NCBI GenBank assembly: GCA_964016885.1
Contig: OZ024743.1
Span: 338,086,001 to 338,150,000, forward strand
Origin: Eledone cirrhosa
Taxonomy: Eukaryota
DNA: 64,000 nucleotides
Reading direction: 5' to 3'
The notes beneath the pieces were generated by a model. That model did not search any database. It worked only from the letters and a program-made list of their open reading frames with translations, and was not told the origin of the DNA. The translations under genes and the position numbers were made by a program. Position 1 is the first letter of the stretch; the number at the start of each line of letters is the position of its first letter. Shown one piece after another: positions 27,600 through 41,408 of this stretch.

Positions 27600-30500
27600 G
27601 TGTTGTAGACATGTAGCATGTGTAGACATGTAGCCATATCTGTGAAGATGTGTACATGTTTGTGTGAAGCTGTGTAGTTTCATATCTGTGTACCTATTGT
27701 GTACTCATCTTATTGCGTATTTGTGTAAACATGTAGCTCTGTGTCTGTGTAGACATATAACTCTGTGTCTGTGTAGACATGTAGCTGTGTGTATGTGTAG
27801 ACATGTAGCTCTGTGTCTGTGTAGACATGTAGCTGTGTGTCTATGTAGACATGTAGGTCTCTGTCTGTATATATATATATATGTAGCTCTGTGTCTGTGT
27901 AGACATGGAGCTCTGTGTCTGGGTAGAAATGTAGCTGTGTACATGTGTAGACATGTAGCTCTGTGTAGACATGTAGCTCTATGTCTGTGTAGACATGGAG
28001 CTCTGTGTAGGGTAGACATGTAGCTGTGTGTCTGTGTAGACATGTAGCTCTGTGTAGACATGTAGCTCTGTGTCTGTATAGACATGTAGCTCTGTGTATG
28101 TGTAGACATGTAGCTCTGTGTCTGTGTAGACATGTGGCTCTGTGTATATGTAGACATGTAGATGAGCGTCTGTGTAGACATGTAGGATTGTGTATGTGTA
28201 GATATGTAGCTGTGTGTCTGTGTAGACATGTAGCTCTGTGTCTCTGTAGACATGTAACTCTGTGTATGTGTAGACATGTAGCTGTGTGTATATGTAGATA
28301 TGTAGCTCTGTGTCTGTTTAGACATGTAGCTCTGTGTCTGTGTAGATATGTAGCTCTGTGTCTGTGTAGATATGTAGATCTGCTTCTGTGTAGACATGTA
28401 GCTCTGTGTCTGTGTACAAATGTAGCTGTGTACATGTGTAGACATGTATCTGTGCGTCTGTGTAGACATGTAGCTCTGTGTCTGTGTAGAAATGTAGCTC
28501 TGTGTCTGTGTAGACGTGTAGTTCTGTGTCTGTGTAGACAGGTAGCTCTGTGTCTATGTAGGCATGTAGCTCTGTGTCTGTGTAGATATGTAGTTCTCTG
28601 TCCGTGTAGACATGTAGCTCTGTGTCTGTGTAGACATGTAGCTGTGTACATGTGTAGACATGTATCTGTGTGTATGTGTAGACATGTAGATCTGTGTATG
28701 TGTAGACATGTAGATCTGTGTATGTGTAGACATGTAGCTCTGTGTCTATGTAGACATGTAGCTCTGTGTATGTGTAGACATGTGGCTCTGTGTATGTGTA
28801 GGCATGTAACTATGTGTCTGTGTAGACATGTAGCTCTGTGTATGTGTAGACATGTAGCTCTGTGTCTGTGTAGACATGTAGCTCTGTGTATGTGTAGACA
28901 TGTAGCTCTGTGTCTGTGTAGACATGTGGCTCTGTGTATGTGTAGACATGTAGCTTTGTGTATGTGTAGACATGTAGCTGTGTGTATATGTAGACATGTA
29001 GCTCTGTGTCTGTGTAGACATGTAGCTGTGTGTATGTGTAGGCATGTAGCTCTGTGTATGTGTAGACATGTAGCTCTGTGTATGTGTAGGCATGTAACTC
29101 TGTGTATGTGTTGAAATGTAGCTGCGTGTATGTGTAGACATGGAGCTATGTGTATGTGTAGACATGTAGCTCTGTGTCTGTTTATATATATGTAGCTATG
29201 TGTATGTGTAGACATATAGCTGTGTCTGTGTAGACATGTAGATCTGTGTCTGTGTAGACATGTGGCTCTGTGTATGTGTAGACATGTAGCTTTGTGTATG
29301 TGTAGATATGTAGCTGTGTGTATATGTAAACATGTAGCTCTGTATCTGTGTAGACATGTAGCTCTGTGTCTGTGTAGGCATGTAGCTCTGTGTCTGTATA
29401 GCATGTAGCTATGTGTCCGTGTAGACATGTAGCTCTGTGTCTGTGTAGAAATGTAGCTGTGTACATGTATAGACATGTATCTGTGTGTCTACGTAGACAT
29501 TTAGCTCTGTGTATGTGTAGACATGTAGCTCTGTGTATGTGTAGACATGTAGTTCTGTATCTGTGAAGACATGTAGCTCTGTGTATGTGTAGACATGTAG
29601 CTCTGTATATATGTAGACATGTAGCTCTGTGTATGTGTAGACATGTACCTCCGTGTATGTGTAGACATCTAGCTGTATGTATAGACATGTAGCTCTGTGT
29701 GTGTGTAGACATGTAGCTCTGTGTCTGTCTAGGCATGTAGCTCTGTGTATGTGTAGACATCTAGCTCTGTGTATGTGTAGACATGTAGCTGTGTGTATAT
29801 GTAGACATGTAGTTCTGTGTCTTTGTAGACATGTAGCTCTGTGTCTGTCTAGGCATGTAGCTCTGTGTCTGTATAGACATGTAGCTCTGTGTCAGTGTAG
29901 ACATGTAGCTCTGTGTCTGTGTAGACATGTAGCTGTGTACATATGTTGACAGGTATCTGTGAGTATGTGGAGAGATGTAGCCCTGTGTCAATGTAGACAT
30001 GTAGCTCTGTGTATGTGTAGACATGTAGCTGTGTGTATGTGTAGACATGTAGCTGTGTGTCTGTGTAGACATGTAACTGTGTGTATGTGTAGACATGTAG
30101 CTGTGTGTATATGTAGACATGTAGCTCTGTGTCTGTGAAGACATGTAGCTCTGTGTCTGTATAGGCATGTAGCTCTGTGTCTGTGTAGACATCTAGCTCT
30201 GTGTATGTGTAGACATGTTGCTGTGTGTATATGTAGACATGTAGTTCTGTGACTGTGTAGACATGTAGCTCTGTGTCAGTGTAGACATGTAGCTCTGTGT
30301 CTGTGTAGACATGTAGCTGTGTACATGTGTAGACATGTATCTGTGTGTATGTGTAGTTATCTAGCTCTGTGTCTGTGTAGACATGTAGGTCTGTGTCTAT
30401 GTAGACATGTAGCTCTGTGTATGTGTAGACATGTAGCTCTGTGATGTGCAGATGTGTAGCTCTGTGTCTGTGTAGACATGTAGCTCTGTGTCTGTGTAGA

Positions 30501-33500
30501 CATGTATCTGTGTGTAGGTGTAGACATGTAGTTCTGTGTCTGTGAAGACATGTAGCTCTGTCTCTGTATAGGCATGTAGCTCTGTGTCTGTGTAGACATC
30601 TAGCTCTGTGTATGTGTAGACATGTAGCTGTGTGTATATGTAGACATGTAGTTCTGTGACTGTGTAGACATGTAGCTCTGTGTCTGTGTAGACATGTAGC
30701 TGTGTACATGTGTAGACATGTATCTGCGTGTATGTGTAGATATCTAGCTCTGTGTCTGTGTAGACATGTAGCTCTGTGTCTATGTAGACATGTAGCTCTG
30801 TGTATGTGTAGACATGTAGCTCTGTGATGTGCAGATGTGTAGCTCTGTGTCTGTGTAGACATGTAGCTCTGTGTCTGTGTAGGCATGTAGCTCTGTGTCT
30901 GTGTATACATGTAGCTGTGTACATGTGTAGACATGTATCTGTGTGTATGTGTAGACATGTAGCTCTGTGTCTATGTAGACATGTAGCTCTGTGTATGTGT
31001 AGACATGTAGCTCTGTGTATGTGTAGGCATGTATTTCTGTGTCTGTGTAGACATTTAGCTCTGTGTATGTGTAGACATGTATCTCTGTGTATCTGTAGAC
31101 ATGTAGATGTGTGTATGTCTAGATCTGTAGCTGTGTGTATGCGCAGACATGTAGCTCTGTGTATGTTTAGACTGTAGCTCTGTGTCTGTATATATATGTA
31201 GCTATGTGTATGTGTAGACATGTAGCTCTGTGTCTGTGTAGACATGGAGCTCTGTTTGTGGGTATCCATGTAGCCGTGTGTCTGTGTAGACATGTCGCTC
31301 TGTGTATGTGTAGCCATGTAGCTGTGTGTATGTGTAGACATGTAGCTGTGTGTATATGTAGACATGTAGCTCTGTGTCTGTGAAGACATGTAGCTCTGTG
31401 TCTGTATAGACATGTAGATCTGTGTCCGTGTAGGCATGTAGCTGTGTACATGTGTAGACATGTATCTGTGTGTATGTGTAGACATGTAGCTCTGTGTCTG
31501 TGTAGACATGTAGCTGTGTACATGTGTAGACATGTATCTGTGTGTATGTGTAGACATGTAGCTCTGTGTCTGTGTAGACATGTAGCTCTGTGTCTATGTA
31601 GACATGTAGCTCTGTGTCTGTGTAGACATGTAGCTCTGTGTATGTGTAGACATGTAGATGTGTGTATGTGTAGATATGTAGCTGTGTGTATGTGTAGACA
31701 TGTAGCTCTGTGTGTGTAGGCACGTAGCTCTGTGTCTGTGTATATATGTAGATCTGTGTATGTTTAGACATGTAGCTCTGTGTATGTATAGACATGTAGC
31801 TCTGTGTATGTGTAGACATGTAGTGCTGTGTCTGTGTAGGCATGTAGCTCTGTGTATATATAGACATGTAGCTCTGTGTCCGTGTAGACATGTAGTTATG
31901 TGTCTGTGTAGACACGTAGCTGTGTACATGTGTAGACATGTATCTGTGTGTATGTGTAGACATGTCGCTCTGTGTCTGTTTAGACATGTAGCTCTGTGTA
32001 TGTATAGACTAGTAGTTCTGTGTCTGTGTATATATGTAGCTCTGTGCATGTGTATACATGTAGCCCTATGTATGTATAGACATGTAGCTCTGTGTCTGGG
32101 TAGACATGTGGCTCTGTGTAAGTGTAGACATATAGCTGTGTATCTGTGTAGACATGTAGGCCTGTGTATGTGTAAACATGTAGCTGTGTGTCTCTGTAGA
32201 CATGTAGCTGTGCGTTTCTGTAGACATGTAGATCTGTGTCTGTGTAGACATGTAGCTCTGTGTCTGTGATGACATGTAGCTCTGTGTCCGTGTAGACATG
32301 TAGCTCTGTGTCTGTGTAGACATGTAGATGTGTCCATGTGTAGATATATGGCTGTGTGTATGTGTAAACATGTAGCACTGTGTATGTGTAGACATGTAGC
32401 TCTGTCTATGTGTAGACATGTAGCTGTGTGTATGTATAGACATGTAGCTCTGTGTCTGTGTAGACATGTAGCTCTGTGTATGTGTAGACTTGTAGCTCTG
32501 TGTCTGTGTAGGCATGTAGCTCTGTGTCTGTATAGGCATGTAGCTCTGTGTCCGTGTAGACATGTAGCTCTGTGTCTGTGTAGACATGTAGCTCTGTACA
32601 TGTGTAAACATGTATCCCTGTGTATGTGTAGAGATGTAGCTCTGTGTCTGTGTAGACATGTAGCTCTGTGTCTATGTAGGCATGTAGCTGTGTGTCTGTG
32701 TAGACATGTAGCTTTGTGTATATGTAGACATGTAGCTCTGTGTCTATGTAGACATGTAGCTCTCTGTATGTGTAGACATGTAGCTATGTCTCTCTGTAGA
32801 TATGTAGCTATGTCTCTCTGTAGACATGTAGCTGTATTTATATCTAGACATGTAGCTCTGCGTCTGTGTAGACATATAGATCTGTGTCTGTGTAGACATG
32901 TAGCTCTGTGTCCGTGTAGACATGTAGCTCTGCGTCTGTGTAGACATGTAGTTCTGTACATGTGTAGACATGTAGCTTTGTGTCTGTGTAGACATGTAGC
33001 TCTGTGTCTATGTAGACAGTTAGCTCTGTGTATGCGTAGACATGTAGCTCTGTGTATGTTTAGACATGTAGCTCTGTGTGTGTGTAGACCTGTAACTCTG
33101 TGTCTGTGTAGACATATAGCTGTGTCTATGTAGACATGTAGCTCTGTGTCTATGTAGGCATGTAACTGTGTGTCTGTGTAGACATGTAGCTGTGTGTCTG
33201 TGTAGACATGTAGCTGTCTATCTGTGTAAACATGTAGCTGTGTGTCTGTTTAGATATGTAGCTGTGTGTCTGTGTAGACATGTAGCTGTGTGTCTGTGTA
33301 GATATGTAGCTATTGTCTGTGTAGACATGTAGCTGTGTGTCTGTGTAGATATGTAGCTGTGTGTCTGTGTAGCCATGTAGCTGTGTGTCTGTGTAGACAT
33401 GTAGCTCTATGTATGTGTAGACATGTAGCTGTGTGTCTGTGTAGACATGTAGCTGTGTGTCTGTGTAGACATGTAGCTGTGTGTCTGTGTAGACATGTAG

Positions 33501-34630
33501 CTCTGTGTCTGTGTAGACATGTAGCTCTGTGTCTGTTTAGACATGTAGCTCTGTGTCTGTGTAGACATGTAGCTCTGTGTCTGTATAGACATGTAGCTCT
33601 GTGTCCGTGTAGACGTGTAGCCCTGTGTCTGTGTAGACATGTAGCTGTGGACATGTGCAGACATATAGCTCTGTGTCTGTGTAGACATGTATCTCTGTTT
33701 CTATGTAGACATGTAGCTGTGTGTCTGTGTAGACATGTAGGTCTGTGTATGTGTAGACATGTAGCTGTATGTCTGTGTAGACATGTAGCTAAGGGTCTCT
33801 GTAGACATGTAGCTCTGTGTATTTGTAGACATGTAGCTGTATGTATATCTAGACATGTAGCTCTGTGTATGTGTAGACATGTAGCTCTGTGTCTATGTAG
33901 ACATGTAGCTCTGTGTATGTGTAGACATGTAGCTCTGTGTATGTGTAAACATGTAGCTCTGTGTGTGGGTAAACATTTAACTCTGTGTCTGTGTAGACAT
34001 ATAGCTGTGTCTATGTAGACATGTAGCTGTGTGTCTGTGTAGACATGTAGCTGTGTGTCTGTGTAGACATGTAGCTGTGTGTCTGTGTAGATATGTAGCT
34101 GTGTGTCTGTGTAGACATGTAGCTCTGTGTCTGTGTAGACATGTAGCTGTGTACATGTGCAGACATGTAGCTCTGTGTCTGTGTAGACATGTAGCTCTGT
34201 TTCTATGTAGACATATAGCTGTGTGTCTGTGTAGACATGTAGGTCTGTGTATGTGTAGACATGTAGCTGTATGTCTGTGTAGACATGTAGCTATGGGTCT
34301 CTGTAGACATGTAGCTCTGTGTATTTGTAGACATGTAGCTGTATGTATATCTAGACATGTAGCTCTGTGTAATGTGTAGACATGTAGCTCTGTGTATGTG
34401 TAGACATGTAGCTCTGTGTGTGGGTAAACATTTAACTCTGTGTCTGTGTAGACATATAGCTGTGTCTATGTAGACATGTAGCTCTGTGTCTCTGTAGGCA
34501 TGTAGCTGTGTGTCTGTGTAGACATGTAGCTGTGTGTCTCTGTAGGCATGTAGCTGTGTGTCTGTGTAGACATGTAGCTGTGTGTCTCTGTAGACATGTA
34601 GCTGTGTGTCTGTGTAGATATGTAGCCGTG
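27600..34630. repeat. 24-bp satellite TGTAGACATGTAGCTCTGTGTCTG (~290 copies)
   Basis: Directly visible. It produces the 8-aa periodic pseudo-ORFs (LCRHVALC, HRATCLHR, QSYMSTQT). Confidence 0.98.
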
Positions 34631-34649
34631 TACATATGTGTCTATGTAA

Positions 34650-35310
34650 TGTGTAACTGTGTTGACTGTATATGTTTGTGTAGTTGTGTAACTGTGTAGT
34701 TGTATGTCTGTGTAGCTGTAATTCTGCGCAGCTGTATGTCTGTGTAGCTCTATGTCTGTGTAGCTGTATATCTGTGTAGCTGTGTAACTGTGTAGTTGTA
34801 TGTTTGTGTAGCTGTATAACTGTATAGCTGTATTTCTGTGTAGCTGTATGGCTGTGTAGCTATATGTCTGTGTAGCTGTATGTCTGTGTAGCTGCATGTC
34901 TGTGTAGCTGTGTAACTGTGTAGTTGTGTTTGTGTAGCTGTATAACTGTATAGCTGTATGTCTGTGTAGCTGTATGGTTTTGTAGCTGTATACCTGTATA
35001 ACTGTGTAGCTGTATGTCTGTGTAGTTGTATGTCTGTGTAGCTGTATAACTGTATAGCTGCATATCTGTGTAGCTGTATAACTGTGTAGTTGTATAACTG
35101 TGTACCTGTATAACTGTGTACTTGTATAACTATGTACCTGTATGGTTGTGTAGCTGTATGTCTTAGTAGCTATATACCCTTGCAGCTATATACCCCTGTA
35201 GCTGTATAGCCCTGTTGCTGTGTAGCCGTGTATCTGTGTACCCGTGTAGCTCTGTAGCTGTGTAGCTGTGTAACCGTGTAGCCGTGTAGCCGTGTAGCTG
35301 TGTAGCTGCT
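34650..35310. repeat. 8-bp repeat (TGTAGCTG)n, right flank of the 24-bp satellite
   Basis: Directly visible, in the same orientation as the left flank. Confidence 0.9.
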
Positions 35311-35660
35311 GTGTGTCTGCTGCTGAAGGCGGTGAGTAATGCTGTGGAGGAGAAGGCTAATAATACATTAGAGAAAATGTCGATGTCTAAAGGAGGAGAT
35401 TATATTGCAAAGAAAAACCTCCTGAAGGTTAATATTAACAGACAAGTAAAAACTGCTAGAAATATGTGTGTGCGTGTGAGAGAGAGCGTGTGTGTGAGTG
35501 TGTTTGCATATATATGTATACGCGTTTATCTGTGTGTATACATATTTGTATGTGTTTGTATCAGTACGTGTGTGTCTCTCTCTCTAAACACATACATAAA
35601 TCTCTCTCTATATATATGTCTCTCTCTCTATCTCTATCTCTCTATTTATATATATATATA

Positions 35661-35766
<106 letters not shown>

Positions 35767-36295
35767 GTATGTATGTATATATGTGTGTGGGTGTTTGTAT
35801 GTGTGAGTGGTGAGGTTGGAAGAGGGGCGGTGGTAATAAACCACAGACAAATATCAGAATGACCTGAAACAAACCTAAATTGTTACTATAGTGAGGTATC
35901 CTTATAACAGAATGATATAAAAATCATTCTTCGGCACCGAGCCAATTGTTTAATGCAGGGGGAACAGGGGGAGGACGACGACGTAAAGGAGAGGGGGGCT
36001 TGATGAATATAGACGAATGCATTCAAATGAGATGTCCTTCTCTGTAGGAATTCAACTCGGAAGTAAGAAAAATGAAACTAAATACTGCAAGATTCTTTCT
36101 TTTGCTTTTATGTTTTAATCCGGTTTTCTTTTGCTATCTGATTTTTGTTTTTTGTTTGTCTTTTATTTATTTTGTTATTGCTTAGTCAGAAGAATGAGTG
36201 CGGAACCCACGAACATTTTACAGGGGCTCAGAAATGGTTTGATGAAAAAGAGGAATTTACCCTCAGACGAACAGAGCTGGCCCGAATCCATGCAA

Positions 36296-36515
36296 TACGA
36301 GGGGTTGCTGAAAAATTCCTGGCTTGGTCACTGCTATAGAGACCTGGCTGGAGGCCCAAACTTCCGGGTTCTTTTTACAGGGCTTAGAAAAACTGAAGGA
36401 CCACTGCAATAAGTGTGTGAATCTGTGAGGGAATATATTGAATAAAATGATAATTAATTGATCCTCCTATATTTTCTTTTACCCAAAGTCAGGAACTTTT
36501 CAGCACCCCTTCGTA
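36296..36515 (+). mobile_element. Internally deleted mariner element / MITE with TA TSD
   Basis: TIRs TA-CGAGGGGTTGCTGAAAAATTCCTGGC and GTCAGGAACTTTTCAGCACCCCTTCG-TA. The internal remnant translates as GLEKLKDHCNKCVNL.GEYIE*, resembling a mariner transposase C-terminus. Confidence 0.85.
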
Positions 36516-36669
36516 GACTATGTGAGGACCGGCAAATCCTGTTGGAGCGTAAGTGCGCCGAAATACGACGTTTCTTGAGCATCTAAAACCTGGCAGAGTC
36601 CATCCCATCTCCAGACCTGAGCACAGTCGTTTCTTCTACTTGATGGTGAACGTTCCATTTGTTTAATCA

Positions 36670-36955
36670 AATGAAATTAATGTGTAAGTGGCTGAATAAT
36701 TCACAGACACGTGTACCCGTAAGTTAAATTTCAGAGAGATTCGGTGGGATATGGTGAATGACAGGGCTGGTCCTTTGTATTACTTGTACAGTCCATCCGA
36801 CGGGCTTCCAAACAGTTCCAATCAACACAATTTTACTCAGTGTATGGGTCGACACGGCTCTATGGTAAATGGCACTTGCCAAAAATGCCACATAGTGGGA
36901 TCGAACCTGAGACTTGATGATTGTAGAGCGAACTTCTTAACCATTCGGCCATGCT
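36670..36955 (-). mobile_element. Old tRNA-derived SINE fragment; related minus-strand copies at ~43000-43185 and ~47110-47380
   Basis: Reverse tRNA-like head GGGATCGAACC...CTTAACCATTCGGCC. The body is shared with 47110-47240. Confidence 0.55.
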
Positions 36956-37025
36956 GGGTCCACAGTATATCTTAGCAAGGGAGATATATATTTATATAAT
37001 ATATAAGAAGCCCTCAACAGAAACT

Positions 37026-37357
37026 TACTCTCGGGTCCCAAATATTACTGGGGGGGGGGGGGGGGGGGGGTAACCGAGGGAGGCATAATTTTTCTAGGTC
37101 GTCTCCGTTGAAAATTTAAAAAACCCAAATTAGTCGTTTAGTTTACATATTGAGACCCGAAACGATCCTATTTATTTTATAACGCATGGGATTTCTAGGA
37201 CTGTTATTTTTTGTCATGTATAAAGAAAAATCAATAAAATTTCGCCGGAGATAGTTTGCAAAATTTAGTATGGTGGGGGAGGAATGAGAGCGGGGGGGGG
37301 GGGGGCTGAAAATTTAATAAGCGCAGGAGAGGGGTGATTATTCGAGACCTGAGGGTA
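37026..37357. mobile_element. TA-flanked MITE (Tc1/mariner-superfamily-like) with internal poly-G tracts
   Basis: Imperfect TIRs: TACTCTCGGGTCCCAAATA versus the reverse complement of the right end, TACCCTCAGGTCTCGAATA. Confidence 0.6.
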
Positions 37358-37732
37358 CTCCAGTATTACTTGCATATGATGAATATAAATATCAACCCGG
37401 TCATACTTGCTTCAAAATTTAGGCAAAGGACCAGCAAATTTGATCAAAACAATCCCTACTATTTGACTGGTACTTTATTATATTGACCATGGAATGATCA
37501 AAAGGCAAAGTTGACCTCAAAGTTGACCTCGGGATTATAACTCAGAATGTAAAGAGAAGAAATAACCACAACAAAGCACTTAGCTGATTCTCAAATGACT
37601 CTGCTATTCTGCATGGTCAGATTTATTTACTGAACAAATCTCTTACTTCTATGTCTTCACTGAAACATATGCATAAGCACTTGTATTAACCTAATACCAG
37701 TTAAATAAAGAAACCATTATTTAACTGGTATT

Positions 37733-37952
37733 AGGGTGGTGGATTGGCAGAATCGGTAGAGCGTCAGACAAAATGCTTTGCGGCATTGAGTTACGTTCCT
37801 TTAGGTTCTAAGTTCAAATCCCGCCCAGGTTAACTTTGCCTTTCATCCTTACGGGGTCGATAAAATAAAGTACCAGTCACGTACTGGGTTCGATTTAATC
37901 GACTTTCCCCTCCCCCAAAATTGCTGGCCTTGTGCCTATATAAGAAACTATT
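37733..37952 (+). mobile_element. SINE family A full-length copy, flanked by minus-strand copies (~37420-37610, ~37960-38190)
   Basis: Head GGTGGATTGGCAGAATCGGTAGAGCG, B box AGTTCAAATCCC, conserved body and tail. Confidence 0.88.
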
Positions 37953-38694
37953 ATTTAAATGGTGTTTTATTTTATCGACCCCGGAAGAAGGAAAAACAAA
38001 GTTGGTCTCGGTGAGATTTGAACTCAGAATGTAAAGAGCCAGAACACATACGACAGTAGCATTTTATCCGTGGCTCTACCAATTCTTCCAATCTACCTCG
38101 ACAGGATTTGAGCTCATAGCACAGAGAGCCGGGACGAATACTGCAAATCATTCTATCCGACGTTTTAACGACCCTATCAATTCGCCACTTTATTTATGAA
38201 TATATGTGTTTAAATAATTTCTGTATTTTTTGGTGAGAGGCGGTGGGCTTCGAATTCTTTTATATTCATGTTGAACTCAGAACGTAGCGGGGCCCAACTA
38301 AATACGGCTGAATGTAGACCTTATTGTTCATGTTTAGCACCAAGTCATCCCTGATCGAGCAGTCCTATGGTCAAAGACATTCCAACCGTGACCATTCCGT
38401 CTTTTTCTTATATACATATACAAAAATCCCAGGATCACACGATCCTGCGTTTTCGTTTGTTTGTTTGTTTTTGTTTTTGTTTTTATTTATTTTCATTTGC
38501 GACGGTGGGGTATAATTTGAGGAAGATTTGACTGCTAATTCTTGCAACCACATAGAGGCCCAATCATTGCTGTGTATCCCGTTGGACGTTTAATCCAGTA
38601 CTCTGCCGTTTCTATCACTCCAACAACATTGTAAAGATTTATAACTGTAGAACAACGTCACACATTTGCCAAATATTATAACTGAGGGTCAAGG

Positions 38695-39200
38695 GGGCGA
38701 ATTGGTAGAGTCGTTAGAACGTCGGATATAATGCTTTGTGGTATTCATTTCGGCTCTCTGTTCTCTGAATTAAAATCCCGTCGAGGTCAACTTTGCCTTT
38801 CAGCTTTTCGAGGTCAATAAAAAAGTACCAGTCTAGTACTGGGGTCGATTCTTCCTCTATATCTCTTGTTCACTTCCATTCTCTCTATCTCACTCCCTAT
38901 CCTTCACTGGAAGAAATCTGCTGTATTCAGACCTGGAGAAGAGATGAACTCCGCCAGATTTTAACATTTTGAGGTCGAGGAAAAAAGTACCAGTCAAGTA
39001 CTGGAGTCGATTCTTCCTCTATATCTCTTTCTCGCTTTCTCTCTCTCACTTTCTATTTTTCCCTGAAAGAGATCTGCTGTACTCAGACCTGAAAAGAAGA
39101 GGGATGGTCTCCGCCAGGCTTTAAATGCCCAAGAAACGCCGTTCAAATATGTCAATACTTCACCTCCGTGACTCCCTCAGGAATATCTATACCATATCAT
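38695..39200 (+). mobile_element. SINE family A variant with an alternative long tail (subfamily C) and an internal duplication; other copies at 41700-42050(-), 55150-55475(+), 57142-57448(+)
   Basis: Same head and body as family A, then the tail GATTCTTCCTCTATATCTC...GAAATCTGCTGTATTCAGACCTGGAG...CTCCGCCAGG.TTTAAATGCC.AAGA, shared among the four loci. Confidence 0.8.
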
Positions 39201-40564
39201 CCTAATCACCCCTATACGTCAGCAGTGATCTTTAACCTACGTTAGAAACTATAAACAACTGACACCGTAACACCTATTTCCGAATTGCTTCACAGAATGA
39301 AATATGGCTATTCACACGGACAAAACTTGTTAAATATTTCTTATCTTACTGTTTCAAGAATTCTAACACCTATTATACTGTTGGGGCCTAGGGTCGGTAT
39401 ACCTCAGCTGGGCAGTGGGGTGAGCTCCTGCTGGTCCACAAAATGGCTTAAATAGGTTGTGTTTATAAACTCTATCGGCCAAACTCCCTCCTTTGCATCC
39501 CCGTCGTGGCACTGGCTCCACCAAATTGGGTTGGGTGTGAAAGCGAGAGTTCAGTGCTAGAACCGATGCAATACTTGGTTTGCACTACCCTAAACTATAT
39601 ATGCTTGTGGCTGGACACTGCTTGTGAGACCAATAGCCCGAAGAAACTCCATTAAAATGAACTTACGTCGTGAATTCTTGCGATGAAGCCTGTTCAACCC
39701 ACCCCGGGTGATAACAATTTAGTAAGTATTATACTGTTACGTTTTTATGCAGCAGGCCTCCCTAAGCAATTTTCCTCCGAGCCATTCTTTTAGATATCAA
39801 TATTTTACATTTTTTCTTAAATGAGTTGGAAAACTGCCAATTTGTTCTGATGGATGTATTAATTTAAAATCATTAGAGAACGTAAGAAATGTGTTCATTT
39901 TTATTCCACTTGTAATTGGTACAACAGGAATGATAACACAATAGATTATATAGAGATACCGACCAACACATGTCCTACAAATAAAGACGTGTAAATGGTC
40001 CAGAAAATAGCATTGTTTGAGTCTGTTACTACTCAGATTTCTCTTTCAGAACAGAAGGTAGCCTTGAAAATGCTATACGCATGGTTTCTAAAATGTATCC
40101 ATATTTCTGTGATATAAGAACGAAAAAAACATGGTGTGCCTTTCAGATGATTTGTGCAATAACTGTTTAATTCAGGCACTAGGCCATCAATTTCTGTGAA
40201 AAGAGAATGACGATGTAAATCGACACCAATACATGACTAGTACTAGACCCCGGTCGCATTTGAATTCAGAACATACAAAGCATTTTGTCCGACGCTCTAC
40301 CGATTCTACAAATCCACCACCTTAGATGATTATCTAATAATAACTTCATTTAGATACAAGGCCAGAAAATTTTGGAGAAAGGCAAAATTGATAAAATCAA
40401 CCCCAGTATTTGACTGGGGCTTTATTTTATCGATACTGGACGAATGAAAGGCAAAGTTGACCTTGCAGAATTTGCACTAAAAACATAAAGAAACGGAAAA
40501 ATACACAAACATTTTTTCTGCCACCGATTCTGCCAAACCACTGCCTTAGACAATTTCAATAATT

Positions 40565-40775
40565 AGCTCTTAGTCCGGCTTGCTCCGTCGAGAACATAAG
40601 TCAACCAATGTCTCCAATGCTGTCGGTCGGCAGCAGCTCGTTAACATCCGTACCAGGGTATGTTGACGGTTTGTAGGTTGCTTTGAAATGTCCACCAATA
40701 GGTCATCTTCATTCGGCCTCTTTACCGTTTACCTTCGGAGGGAGTCTACGTCATCACCGTTTTGGAATTTTTAGA
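40565..40775 (-). mobile_element. RTE-clade LINE 3' fragment (degenerate)
   Basis: The minus-strand translation ~PKTVMT*TPSEGKR*RGRMKMTY...W...AAADRQHWR matches the typical RTE ORF C-terminus (P..GKR.RGRP..TW....A.DR..WR). Confidence 0.65.
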
Positions 40776-40809
40776 ATCTTACGCAGACACCTTTGATAGA
40801 ATTTGTATA

Positions 40810-40990
40810 ATAATTGTTTCTACTTTAGGCACAAGGCCAGCAATTACCTAGTGCATTACTGGTACTTTATTTTATCGACCCCGTAAGGATGAAAGGCAAA
40901 GTCAACCTCGGCGGGATTTGAACTCAGACCGTAAAGGGACGTAACTATGCTGGAAAGCATGGCGTCCGACCCTCTACCGATACTGCTAAT
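40810..40990 (-). mobile_element. SINE family A young-subfamily copy; others at 44668-44856(+) and 48855-49038(-), partial at 43195-43297(-) and 46505-46592(-), older copies at 40170-40545, 43510-43720, 44873-45092, 46595-46985, 48080-48265, 57760-57955, 61770-61992
   Basis: Reverse complement of 18766-18955 with few differences. Confidence 0.88.
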
Positions 40991-41124
40991 AATGAAATCA
41001 TTTTTTTTTCTTTTATTGCCACCATACCTACACATAATCTATTGCTAAGCTGTGGTATAACACATGTAGGGATATACAGACAAGTTATATGAAACCGAAA
41101 CAGGTAAGTTGTGTTGTATTAAAA

Positions 41125-41408
41125 CAAAGGTTCTCAAAGTGGGTGCTGGGGCCTAAGGGGGCGGTAGAGATGATATAATAGTATATTAGATATCAAATGA
41201 TACATATATATAAATATAGTAAAATAAAAAATATATATTTATTTATACATAGTATATATTATAATATTTATTATATATATACTAACGATTTTATTTATTT
41301 AGTATTGTTAACAATTTGTGTATAGACAGGTCTCTCTGGAAATAGGGTTGGGGGCGCTGAGGGTACTACGTGGCCGTGAGGGGGTGCCAAAATGTTTCAG
41401 AATCTCTG
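41125..41408. mobile_element. hAT (Charlie/MER5-like) MITE with 8-bp TSD TATTAAAA
   Basis: Ends are CAAAGGTTCTCAAA and TTTCAGAATCTCTG. TATTAAAA is at 41117-41124 and 41409-41416. Confidence 0.8.

Noticed and set aside
26733-35063. Cys/His-rich periodic ORFs resembling zinc-finger or metallothionein proteins
   Set aside because: They are translations of the 24-bp and 8-bp satellites on both strands.
39380-39720. Moderately GC-rich island, possibly a LINE 5' UTR or enhancer
   Set aside because: There is no ORF, terminal repeat or second copy in the window to support a call.
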